64,000 nt of DNA from an uncultured Eubacteriales bacterium (GTDB lineage: Bacteria > Bacillota > Clostridia > Oscillospirales > CAG-272), in assembly GCA_949299535.1 (NCBI GenBank), contig CASGAQ010000007.1:181-64180 (forward strand), written 5' to 3'. The notes below the pieces were generated by a model that was given only the letters and a program-made list of their open reading frames with translations, had not been told where the DNA came from and searched no databases. Position numbers and translations under genes: made by a program. Below are positions 17,418-26,339 of this stretch, in pieces (the first letter of the stretch is position 1; every line of letters begins with the position of its first letter).

Positions 17418-18617
17418 ATGTACTGCACAAAAAAAATAACTGAAGATCTTACATGGGTCGGCGCAAATGACCGACGCCTTGCGATGTTTGAAGGCGTTTA
17501 TTCCGTCCCCGACGGCGTTTCATATAACTCATACATTCTCAAAGACGACAAAACGGTGCTGTTTGACACGGTGGACAAAGCCGTTTCAAAAGTGTTTTTT
17601 GAAAATATAGCTCACGTTCTCGGAGAAAGAAAGCTCGACTATATTGTAGTCCACCACATGGAACCCGACCACTCCGCAACGCTCGAAGAACTGGTATGCC
17701 GCTATCCCGAAGCTAAGATAATCTGCAACGCGAAAACGCTTGCAATGATAAAACAGTTCTTCGACTTTAATGTCGAAGATAAAGCAGTTCTCGTAAAAGA
17801 GGGCGACGTTTTTGAAACTGCAAATCATAAATTCACATTTATAATGGCTCCCATGGTACACTGGCCCGAGGTCATGGTGAGCTTCGACAGCGCTACGGGA
17901 ACGCTCTTTTCCGCAGACGCTTTCGGTACGTTCGGCGCGCTCAACGGCGCTATATTCGCTGATGAAGTTGATTTCATGCGCGACTATCTTGACGAGGCAA
18001 GACGCTATTACGCAAATATAGTCGGTAAATACGGACCTTCCGTAACAGCGCTTCTCAAAAAAGCGAGCGCTCTCGATATAAAGATGATATGCCCGCTCCA
18101 CGGTTTTGTCTGGAGAGAAAACATCGGCGCATATATCGATAAATACCTGAAATGGGCGGCATATACACCCGAAGAAAACGGCGTTATGATAGCTTACGCC
18201 TCCGTATACGGCAATACGGAAAACGCAGCCGAGATAGTTTCCGCCAAACTGCGCGACAAAGGAATAAAGACCGTCATGTACGATGTCTCCGTAAAACCCG
18301 CCTCAGATGTTATCGCCTCCGCGTTCAAATGGAGCCATCTCGTTTTCGCTTCCGCAACTTACAATGCCGGCATATTCGTCAAGATGGACGAATTTCTGCG
18401 CGACCTTGCCGCTCACAATATCCAGAACAGAACAGTTGCTTTTATTGAAAACGGCTCTTGGGCGCCCGTTTCCGGCAAGCTTATGAAAGAGATTCTCGCG
18501 CCTTGCAAAAATATGAATTTCATCGAAAAAACGCTCAGCGTAAAATCATCTCTCAAACCCTCTCAGGAAGAGGAGCTTTGCGAGCTTGTTGAAAGCATAG
18601 CGGCAGATTTTCAGTAA
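17418..18617 (+). CDS. flavodiiron protein (FprA-type O2/NO reductase: metallo-beta-lactamase-like plus flavodoxin domains)
   Basis: The diiron motif HHMEPDHS is present and the C-terminal half is flavodoxin-like. The start was moved to the ATG at 17418, which follows a GGAGA RBS. Confidence 0.85.
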   Translation: MYCTKKITEDLTWVGANDRRLAMFEGVYSVPDGVSYNSYILKDDKTVLFDTVDKAVSKVFFENIAHVLGERKLDYIVVHHMEPDHSATLEELVCRYPEAKIICNAKTLAMIKQFFDFNVEDKAVLVKEGDVFETANHKFTFIMAPMVHWPEVMVSFDSATGTLFSADAFGTFGALNGAIFADEVDFMRDYLDEARRYYANIVGKYGPSVTALLKKASALDIKMICPLHGFVWRENIGAYIDKYLKWAAYTPEENGVMIAYASVYGNTENAAEIVSAKLRDKGIKTVMYDVSVKPASDVIASAFKWSHLVFASATYNAGIFVKMDEFLRDLAAHNIQNRTVAFIENGSWAPVSGKLMKEILAPCKNMNFIEKTLSVKSSLKPSQEEELCELVESIAADFQ

Positions 18618-18748
18618 TATAGTTTGAACAAGGCTCATATATCAATGAAAGTAGGAAGATGAGAACCGCCGTACCTTACGCACCTCAAACGGCGCGGCGG
18701 TTTCCCGTCTTTTGACAATAAAATAACATACATAAAGGAGATCTTATA

Positions 18749-18913
18749 ATGAAATACGTTTGCACACTTTGCGGTTATATTTACGATGAAGCGCTCGGCG
18801 ACAGCAATGAAGATATAGAAGCCGGCACCGAATGGGACGAACTTCCCGAAGACTTCGCCTGCCCTCTCTGCGGAGCAGACAAATCCATGTTCGAAGAAAC
18901 GGCTGACGAATAA
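18749..18913 (+). CDS. rubredoxin (54 aa; absent from the ORF track because it is under 60 aa)
   Basis: The translation is MKYVCTLCGYIYDEALGDSNEDIEAGTEWDELPEDFACPLCGADKSMFEETADE. It contains two CxxC pairs. An AAGGAG RBS lies 8 nt upstream. Confidence 0.9.
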   Translation: MKYVCTLCGYIYDEALGDSNEDIEAGTEWDELPEDFACPLCGADKSMFEETADE

Positions 18914-18947
18914 TACGTCCGACGTTATTCGCTTTTGAAAGCTTTAT

Positions 18948-18989
18948 AAAAAAATCCTCAGACTACTTTCGATGTCTGAGGATTTTTTT
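18948..18989. terminator. bidirectional terminator
   Basis: The hairpin AATCCTCAGAC...GTCTGAGGATT is flanked by an A-run and a T-run. It lies between the rubredoxin gene (+) and the end of the arg-car transcription unit (-). Confidence 0.85.
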
Positions 18990-19170
18990 ATTCGGATTTC
19001 GTGTCGTCTGAGCCGTTTTTTTCTTTCGCATCATTCGATTTCTCATCGAAAATCTTACGCCGTTCTCTCTCTCGCTTTTCCGCCTTTATATTAAAACTGA
19101 CGGTGGAGATGACGGAAAGCACAAAAAGCAAGATAACGACGCCTATCGCAATATATCCCGAAACGCCCAT
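18988..19170 (-). CDS. small single-pass membrane protein, hypothetical (60 aa)
   Basis: The ATG at 19170 lies 6 nt after GGGAGG. The protein has one TM helix and a K/E-rich tail. Function is unknown. Confidence 0.4.
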   Translation of the reverse strand: MGVSGYIAIGVVILLFVLSVISTVSFNIKAEKRERERRKIFDEKSNDAKEKNGSDDTKSE

Positions 19171-19201
19171 TTTTTCCTCCCGAAATATTTTTGCTCTGAC
19201 G

Positions 19202-22200
19202 TTAATATTCGGTAACGCCATCGTAAACGAATTTTGCATCTCCCGAAAGAGTGACGCCGTCGTTCTTATAGTTCACAACAAGGTCGCCTCCGTTAAGTTT
19301 TACTGTAATATCTTTGCCCTTTTCGCAATAACCGTTCTCGCACGCGGCGACGACCGCGGCGCACGCACCCGTACCGCACGCAAAAGTCTCGCCGCATACT
19401 TTTTCATATACGCGCATTTTTATCGTCGTGCTGTCAATAACGCGCACGAACTCCGTATTCACTCCCTCCGGAAAGATCGGAGACTGCAAAAACGCTTTGC
19501 CCAGACTATTTATATCAAGTCCTTCCACCTTGTCGTAAAATACGACGCAGTGCGGACTGCCCATTGAAACGCACGTGATTTTCTGCTCCGTTCCGCCTAT
19601 ATTGACGCTCTGCCCGATTATCTTGCCGGAAGCCGTCTGAAGCGTACACGGTAACTCCGCGCCCGCAAGCAACGCTCTGCCCATATTGACGGTGACATAC
19701 GTCACTTTTCCTCCGCCGGTGTATACGTTCATGTGTCTGACACCATTTACCGTTTCAACGGAAATACATGATTTTGCACATATGTTCTTATCATAGAGAT
19801 ATTTCGCCGTACAGCGTATGCAGTTGCCGGCAATAGCGCTCTCACTTCCGTCGCGGTTGAATATGCGTATGCGAGCGTCTGCCTTATTCGAACGCTCGAT
19901 AAGCACAACACCGTCCGCACCTACGCCGTAATGACGGTCGCACATTGCTATGCACAACGACTCCGGCGAGGTTATACTTCCGTCGAAATTGTCGATAAAT
20001 ATATAGTCGTCGCCGCAGCCCTGCATTTTGGAAAAACGCAGTACGGCGCGCTCTTTTCTTCTGTTGTTGAGATCCACGAGCTCCGTGTTGGAGTCATTGT
20101 ATCTGTCGCGCAGCACCTTTGCAAATGTCATCGCCGCAGGCAATGAGGAAAAACACAAAGCTCCGTTTTTCAGCGCCCTGCGGTGAAGCGCTATGTAATC
20201 TTTTACGGTGGAATCGTAAAGAGCGCCGGCATAGAGCACGAATCCTATCTTGCCTGAATTCAAAAGCGAGGCGCCGTCATCGTTTTCGCGCACGCCGCGC
20301 ACCGTTTCCGCGTTTATGCCGATAGCGCCGAGCCAGCGCGCCGTATCAGACGTGGCGTATATTCTCGCACCTATCGATTCAAACTTTCTTGCAATGGCAG
20401 GCAGATCAGGAAGATAATGCTTTTCTGCGCTGAGCAATACTCCTTTTTCGCGCGTTATTTCAAATCCGGCGGCGCAAAACGCCTTATAAAAAGCCTCATA
20501 GAATGTTCTTCCGACGCCCATGGTCTGACCGGTCGCTTTCATGCGAGGACCTATATAAGAGCCTGCGTCCGTAAGCTTTTCAAAAGAATATACGGGAGCT
20601 TTTACGGCGACATACGGCGGTACGGGGCATATGCCCTTGCCCGCTCCTATGGAAGCAAGAGAACTTCCCGCCATGACCTTTACCGCAATATCCATTGCCG
20701 GTATGCCGGAAGCCTTGGAAATGAACGGAAGCGAACGTGAAACGAACGGCGATATATCGGTAACATATAAGGCGTTTTTATATATGAGAAGCTGAAGATT
20801 TATCATTCCGCGCACGCCGATGGCAACGGCTATCTTTTCGGCAATTTCCGCCGCTTCTGTGATTATCTTATCGCTCACGTCATACGGAGGATATACAGCG
20901 ACGGAATCGCCCTCAAGCACGCCTGCGCGCTCGATATGCTCTATCACCGCGGGGATAAGAACGTCCTTGCCGTCCGATATCGCCGTTATCTCAAGCTCTT
21001 TTCCCTCCATATATTTATCCGCTATGACGGAATTTGTGCCGCCGTCAAGCATTCTCTTGACATAGAGCTTGACTTCCTTATCGTCTTTGGCAACAACGAT
21101 ATTCTGACCGCTGCTCAAATGCTCAGGGCGCAGGACAACGGGATATCCCAGCTTTTCGCAGACGCGAAGAGCCGCCTCATTCGTTTTGATATATTCCGTT
21201 TCGGGAAGGACATAAGCAAACTTTTTCAGTATCTCTTGAACGCGCACGCTCTCCATGCCGAATATTATATCGGCGTCCGCTCCGAAAACCCTGACTCCGT
21301 TCGATATAAGAAATTCCGCAAGTCTTGCCGCGCGTGCCGTTCCGAACGGCAGAAAAACGCCTACAGCGCTCTCGGCTCTGAACACGTTCAAAACATCTTC
21401 TTCAGAACTCGGCTCGAGATAAACTCTGTCAGCCAGACCGTGATCTGCGGAAACGCCGTCTGGATCGCAACTTATGAGGGCGACTTCATACCCGAGCGAG
21501 CGAAGCGTCTTTATGCAGCGCACCGCTGAGTAATCAAACTCGGCTCCCGCGCCTATCCTCACAGGACCTGACGATACGACGAGCGCTATGGGACCGCCGC
21601 TTCTTTTTGACTTGCGCGATTCGCATACGTCGTCATATGTCGAATAAAAACACGGCGACATCTCGCTTCGCTCCTGTCCGCACGCGTCGATCGCCTTGTA
21701 TACGGCGGCGCGCTTTCTGCGAACGGTATCGCCGGATATCTTCTCTATGGAAAGGTCTGTATAACCGAGTTTTTTCGCTTTAATGTATTTTTCATCGTCA
21801 AGACCTTTTGCAAGTTCTTTTTCGAAGTCGGAAATGTGTTTTATCTTGTTTATAAAGAATGAATCTATATTCGTGATATCCCGTATCTCCTCGGCGGAAA
21901 CGCCGCTTGAAAGCGCTTCGAATATCGTGAATAGACGCAGATCGTCCGCATTCTCCAGCCGGTCTTCTAAAGATATGTCTTCATCATACTCGCGGTGAAG
22001 TCCATGTGAATCGGGATTCGTTCCGCGCACGGCTTTTATAAGAGCCGCCTCAAAGCACGGCGCCGCGGCAACAGCCGCCCCCGTGGATTTCATATGCTGT
22101 CCCAACAGACGCGAAACCTTTGCAAATTTATCGAACGGCCATTTCGGAAGTCTGAGCGCGACATAATCCTGTTTCGGCTCGAAAAACGCGCTTTGCTTTC

Positions 22201-23218
22201 CGGAAGGAACTATTTTCACCTCGTCAAGCGAACAGCCGAGCGCCAGATCCGACGCCGTATAAGCTATCGGATATCCGGTAGCACGCTCCGCAAAAGAAGC
22301 GCCTCGCGAAAATCCGACGGTTGCTTCCGTTACGACATATTCAAATTCATCATGTGCAACGGCAAATCTTACACCGCACCAACCGACTGCTCCAAGCGCC
22401 GCGGCGGTCTTTATCGCCATGCTCCTCAGCTCGTCATATTCGCCGGCTGAAAGCGTGAGCACGGGTGTAACCTGCGCGCTGTCGCCGGAATGTATGCCGA
22501 CAGGATCTATATTTTCGATACTGCATACTGCGGCGGCAGAGCCGAATTTATCCCTCAGGACATCTATCTCTATTTCCTTGCGCCCGAAAATATATTTTTC
22601 AACTATGACTCTCTTTGAATGAGAGGCGCCGAGAATCTCCGAAACGATAATTCTCAGCTCTCTGGGAGTATGAGCCGTGCGAAGCTCGCACTTTCCGTAT
22701 TCGGCTGAACTTCTGAGCGTTACGGGATATCCCAGCTTTTCCGCGGCGGCACATGCCTCGTTTGCATCTGCGGCGCTCCTATAAGGAACTGATGGTATTT
22801 CCGCGCCTTCAAGCGTTTTGCGGAACAACTCCGCATCTTTTGTGCGCGATATGGTGTCTTCGCTCACGCCTATGAGCTTTACGCCGAAATCATCAAGAAA
22901 GCCCTTGCGTGAAAGCTCCAGCGCAATGGCAAGAGAATTTTCGCCACCGAAAGAAGCGAAAAGCGCATCGGGTCTTTCTTTTTCTATTAACCTTTTGACC
23001 GTATTGACCGTAAGCGGCTCCAAATATACCGCATCGGCAAGCTCTCCGTCCGTCATTACGCAGGCCGGGTCCGGATCGAGAAGGACCGTAAAAATACCTG
23101 CCTTTCGGAAAACTCCCAAAGACCTGACTCCCGCATTGTCAAACTCCGCTGACTGACCGACAACATCGGCGCCGGCTCCCACAATAAGTATCTTTTTTAT
23201 ATTTCTGTCACGAGGCAT
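19202..23218 (-). CDS. divergent carbamoyl-phosphate synthase large-subunit paralogue fused to a DapF-like (diaminopimelate epimerase fold) domain
   Basis: The first ~1059 of 1338 aa are collinear with CarB (both ATP-grasp halves and an MGS-like end), but the catalytic motifs are eroded. The last 279 aa carry DapF signatures: FSKMQGCGDDY, VSMGSPHCV and GETFACGTGACAA. Confidence 0.8.
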   Translation of the reverse strand: MPRDRNIKKILIVGAGADVVGQSAEFDNAGVRSLGVFRKAGIFTVLLDPDPACVMTDGELADAVYLEPLTVNTVKRLIEKERPDALFASFGGENSLAIALELSRKGFLDDFGVKLIGVSEDTISRTKDAELFRKTLEGAEIPSVPYRSAADANEACAAAEKLGYPVTLRSSAEYGKCELRTAHTPRELRIIVSEILGASHSKRVIVEKYIFGRKEIEIDVLRDKFGSAAAVCSIENIDPVGIHSGDSAQVTPVLTLSAGEYDELRSMAIKTAAALGAVGWCGVRFAVAHDEFEYVVTEATVGFSRGASFAERATGYPIAYTASDLALGCSLDEVKIVPSGKQSAFFEPKQDYVALRLPKWPFDKFAKVSRLLGQHMKSTGAAVAAAPCFEAALIKAVRGTNPDSHGLHREYDEDISLEDRLENADDLRLFTIFEALSSGVSAEEIRDITNIDSFFINKIKHISDFEKELAKGLDDEKYIKAKKLGYTDLSIEKISGDTVRRKRAAVYKAIDACGQERSEMSPCFYSTYDDVCESRKSKRSGGPIALVVSSGPVRIGAGAEFDYSAVRCIKTLRSLGYEVALISCDPDGVSADHGLADRVYLEPSSEEDVLNVFRAESAVGVFLPFGTARAARLAEFLISNGVRVFGADADIIFGMESVRVQEILKKFAYVLPETEYIKTNEAALRVCEKLGYPVVLRPEHLSSGQNIVVAKDDKEVKLYVKRMLDGGTNSVIADKYMEGKELEITAISDGKDVLIPAVIEHIERAGVLEGDSVAVYPPYDVSDKIITEAAEIAEKIAVAIGVRGMINLQLLIYKNALYVTDISPFVSRSLPFISKASGIPAMDIAVKVMAGSSLASIGAGKGICPVPPYVAVKAPVYSFEKLTDAGSYIGPRMKATGQTMGVGRTFYEAFYKAFCAAGFEITREKGVLLSAEKHYLPDLPAIARKFESIGARIYATSDTARWLGAIGINAETVRGVRENDDGASLLNSGKIGFVLYAGALYDSTVKDYIALHRRALKNGALCFSSLPAAMTFAKVLRDRYNDSNTELVDLNNRRKERAVLRFSKMQGCGDDYIFIDNFDGSITSPESLCIAMCDRHYGVGADGVVLIERSNKADARIRIFNRDGSESAIAGNCIRCTAKYLYDKNICAKSCISVETVNGVRHMNVYTGGGKVTYVTVNMGRALLAGAELPCTLQTASGKIIGQSVNIGGTEQKITCVSMGSPHCVVFYDKVEGLDINSLGKAFLQSPIFPEGVNTEFVRVIDSTTIKMRVYEKVCGETFACGTGACAAVVAACENGYCEKGKDITVKLNGGDLVVNYKNDGVTLSGDAKFVYDGVTEY

Positions 23219-23219
23219 A

Positions 23220-24242
23220 TCATTCCCTGCCTTTCATCATATCGGCAAATCTGTCGTAAATAAATTCCGTATCGCACCTTGGGCAGAACTGCACCGAAAA
23301 AGCAAGCTTTTCCGGATAAGAAATACCCTCGCAAACGCCGTTGCCGGCGTTTTCAAATATCACTTTTCCTATCTCCTGAGCGTTCTTGACGATATGCGGG
23401 CTTTCACGCCTTACGATATACATTCGACGGCTTTCAAGCTCTCTTACGGGAACGGAGACATTCTCAGCCGGAAACGGAAGCAAAGAAAACTCCGCGCCCA
23501 TCACTTTTGCCATAAGCAAATGCCCAAGAGAAATGCCCATCATCGGGATCTTGCCCGCTATCTCCTTTATCGCGGACAAGTCTGCCTCATAAAGAGCTTC
23601 TTCCGCGCCACCTGAGATCACAACGCCGTCCGGGCATAGCGAGATTATATCTTTTGCCGAAGTTCCCGCAGGAACTACGCGAACCTTGCAGCCGTGTCTT
23701 TGCAGTGCTTTTACGACGCTCGCCTTTGTTCCGCAGTCGATAAGCACGGTAAAAAACCTCTCGCCCATTTCTCCTGTCGCCGAATATGTAGCACAGTCGC
23801 GTGCGGCGGCTTTTGCATAATATTTTTCTTTATGAGGGAAAACCGACGGCACTTCAGAAAATATCCCGGCACGCTCAATACCGTGAGCACGCGCATAATG
23901 AGAAATAAAGCGAGTATCGACTCCGCATACTCCGCATATCCCGCGGAAAAGCATGAAATTTTCAAGTTCGTCGCGGCCTCGGAATTTATCGGGCGCACCG
24001 CGCACGATAAATCCGCCGGCGGAGATATCGCTTTCAACGTCTTCAGAAACAACGCCCAAAGCGCCGCTTTCGGGAAATTCAGATAAAATAATTTTGCCCG
24101 CATTCATAGGATCTGTCAATATCTCCGTATGCGAGCATACGCCTGTAGAGAGAACAAGCTCTCCGCAGGCGTTTGTTTCAGCGCCGAAGCGCTCTCCCTC
24201 AAAAACCATTCCGTCTTCGAGGACTATATATGCTTTTTTCAT
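23220..24242 (-). CDS. divergent carbamoyl-phosphate synthase small-subunit (CarA-like) paralogue lacking the glutaminase triad
   Basis: The 340-aa protein has the CarA N-terminal pattern (LEDGMVFEGERFGA). Its GATase-like half reads GISLGH instead of GICLGH and VQFCPRC instead of HPE. It ends 1 nt before the CarB-like start. Confidence 0.7.
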   Translation of the reverse strand: MKKAYIVLEDGMVFEGERFGAETNACGELVLSTGVCSHTEILTDPMNAGKIILSEFPESGALGVVSEDVESDISAGGFIVRGAPDKFRGRDELENFMLFRGICGVCGVDTRFISHYARAHGIERAGIFSEVPSVFPHKEKYYAKAAARDCATYSATGEMGERFFTVLIDCGTKASVVKALQRHGCKVRVVPAGTSAKDIISLCPDGVVISGGAEEALYEADLSAIKEIAGKIPMMGISLGHLLMAKVMGAEFSLLPFPAENVSVPVRELESRRMYIVRRESPHIVKNAQEIGKVIFENAGNGVCEGISYPEKLAFSVQFCPRCDTEFIYDRFADMMKGRE

Positions 24243-24244
24243 GT

Positions 24245-25156
24245 TCAGTTCTTATCCTTCATGCACATAACCATGACTGCTTTCTGAGCATGCAGTCTGT
24301 TTTCCGCTTCGTCAAAGATCTCATTCGCGTGAGCTTCAAGAATATCTGCCGTAATCTCTTCTCCGCGGTGTGCCGGAAGACAGTGAAGCACCATAGCGTC
24401 CGGTTTGGCGACGCTCATAAGCTCCGAATTTACCTGATATCCGGCAAATATCTTTTTTCTTTCTTCCGCTTCGGCTTCCTCGCCCATTGACGCCCAAACG
24501 TCGGTATAAACGACGTCCGCGTCTTTTGCGGCTTCGAAAATATCGTCAGTGCAGAGGAAATCTCCGCTCTCGGAAGCCCATTTCATTATGTCCGCATCGG
24601 GTTTATGTGTTTTCGGACAGCCTATCGCAACGGACATTCCCATCTTGATACCGCCGACGATAAGGGAGTTCGCCATATTGTTGCCGTCGCCTATGAAGCA
24701 GAGTTTCTTGCCTTTTATCGAACCCTTGTGTTCACGAATAGTCATGAGGTCGGCAAGCACCTGACAAGGGTGGCAATAGTCCGTAAGTCCGTTGATAACC
24801 GGAATCGAGCCGTATTTTGCGAGATTTTCCACTTCTTCCTGCTCGAAAGTTCTTATCATTATACCGTCAAGATAACGTGAAAGAACACGAGCCGTGTCCT
24901 CTACAGGCTCGCCGCGGCCTATCTGCAAGTCGCGTGGAGAAAGGAACAGCGCACTTCCTCCCAAATCATACATGCCTACTTCAAATGAAACGCGGGTGCG
25001 CGTGGAGGATTTCTGGAATATCATTCCCAAAGTTTTTCCCTTGAGATAATGATGCTCTATGCCGTTTTTCTTGTCATATTTGAGCTGATCCGCAAGATTG
25101 AGTATCTCGATTATCTCTTTTGTTTCAAGGTCCATAAGTTTGAGCAGATGTTTCAT
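24245..25156 (-). CDS. argF: ornithine carbamoyltransferase
   Basis: The motifs STRTRVSFE, HPCQ and HCLPAHRGEE are present. I chose the ATG at 25156, which lies 10 nt after AAGAGG and overlaps the argD stop by 1 nt. Confidence 0.9.
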   Translation of the reverse strand: MKHLLKLMDLETKEIIEILNLADQLKYDKKNGIEHHYLKGKTLGMIFQKSSTRTRVSFEVGMYDLGGSALFLSPRDLQIGRGEPVEDTARVLSRYLDGIMIRTFEQEEVENLAKYGSIPVINGLTDYCHPCQVLADLMTIREHKGSIKGKKLCFIGDGNNMANSLIVGGIKMGMSVAIGCPKTHKPDADIMKWASESGDFLCTDDIFEAAKDADVVYTDVWASMGEEAEAEERKKIFAGYQVNSELMSVAKPDAMVLHCLPAHRGEEITADILEAHANEIFDEAENRLHAQKAVMVMCMKDKN

Positions 25157-26337
25157 TATGCGCATACCTCTTTAATAACTTTTATTGCCTTTTCAAGCTC
25201 TTCAAACGTAATACAAAGCGGAGGAATAAGACGTACTTTATTTTTTGCCGTGAGAAGAAGCACCCCTTTTTCTCTTGCGGCAGAAACGATTTCGGTATTT
25301 TCTTTGTCCGTTTCAAGACCGAGCATAAGTCCCATGCCGGCAATGCTCTTTATACCCTTCGCTCCTGTGAGTTCTTTTACTATATATTCGGATTTTTTTG
25401 TTACATCTTCCAGAAATTCATCCGTAAGGCGCGCAAGTACGTTATTTGCGCCTGCCGCACATACGGGGTTTCCGCCGAAAGTGGCGCCGTGCATACCGGG
25501 CTGATAAATATCCGCCGTCTTTTCGCCGAACATGGTGGCTCCTATCGGAAGTCCCGCGCCTATACCTTTAGCCGTGGATATAATATCGGGTTTTATGCCA
25601 AAGTGCATATATGCATAAAGTTTGCCTGTTCTGCCGTTTCCGCACTGTACCTCGTCGTCTATCATGAGTATGTCGTATTTCTCTGCAAGTTCTGCTATTT
25701 TTGCGACAAACTCTTTTGTAAGAGCCTTCACTCCGCCCTCGCCCTGAACGAGTTCGAACATTATGGCGCAGACTTTGTTTTCGCTCACGTTTTTTTCAAG
25801 AGCAGCGCAGTCATTGGCGGGAGTGTGGATAAAACCGGGCGTCATCGGTCCGAAATGCGTGTGGTATGCAGGCTGACCTGTCGCGGAAAGCGTTGCAAGG
25901 CTTCTGCCGTGGAAGCTGTTTTCAAGCGTGATTATATTGAAATATTCGGGACCTTTTTTTGTAACGCCGTATTCGCGCGCGGCTTTTATCGCACATTCGT
26001 TTGCTTCAGCACCGGAATTGGAGAAGAACACTTTCTTCATTCCCGTGCGCTCGCAAAGCGTTTTTGCAAGTCTTACGCACGGCTCCGAGTAAAAAAGATT
26101 GGATGTGTGCTGGCATTTGCCGAGCTGCTCGGTGACGGCGCTTATCCATTCTTCGTCGCAAACGCCGAAAGTATTTACGGCAACACCCGCACCCATGTCT
26201 ACATATTCTTTTCCTTCATCGTCCTTGAGCATAGCGCCCTTGCCGGAAACTATCTCTACCGGAAAACGTTTGTATGTGTGCGCTATATAAAGCGAATCAG
26301 CCTCTTTTACATTTATATTTGCATCTGTATTTTTCAT
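25156..26337 (-). CDS. argD: acetylornithine aminotransferase
   Basis: The 393-aa protein is a class-III PLP aminotransferase (DEVQCGNGRTG, TAKGIG). It sits in the arg operon. Confidence 0.9.
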   Translation of the reverse strand: MKNTDANINVKEADSLYIAHTYKRFPVEIVSGKGAMLKDDEGKEYVDMGAGVAVNTFGVCDEEWISAVTEQLGKCQHTSNLFYSEPCVRLAKTLCERTGMKKVFFSNSGAEANECAIKAAREYGVTKKGPEYFNIITLENSFHGRSLATLSATGQPAYHTHFGPMTPGFIHTPANDCAALEKNVSENKVCAIMFELVQGEGGVKALTKEFVAKIAELAEKYDILMIDDEVQCGNGRTGKLYAYMHFGIKPDIISTAKGIGAGLPIGATMFGEKTADIYQPGMHGATFGGNPVCAAGANNVLARLTDEFLEDVTKKSEYIVKELTGAKGIKSIAGMGLMLGLETDKENTEIVSAAREKGVLLLTAKNKVRLIPPLCITFEELEKAIKVIKEVCA

Positions 26338-26339
26338 TC

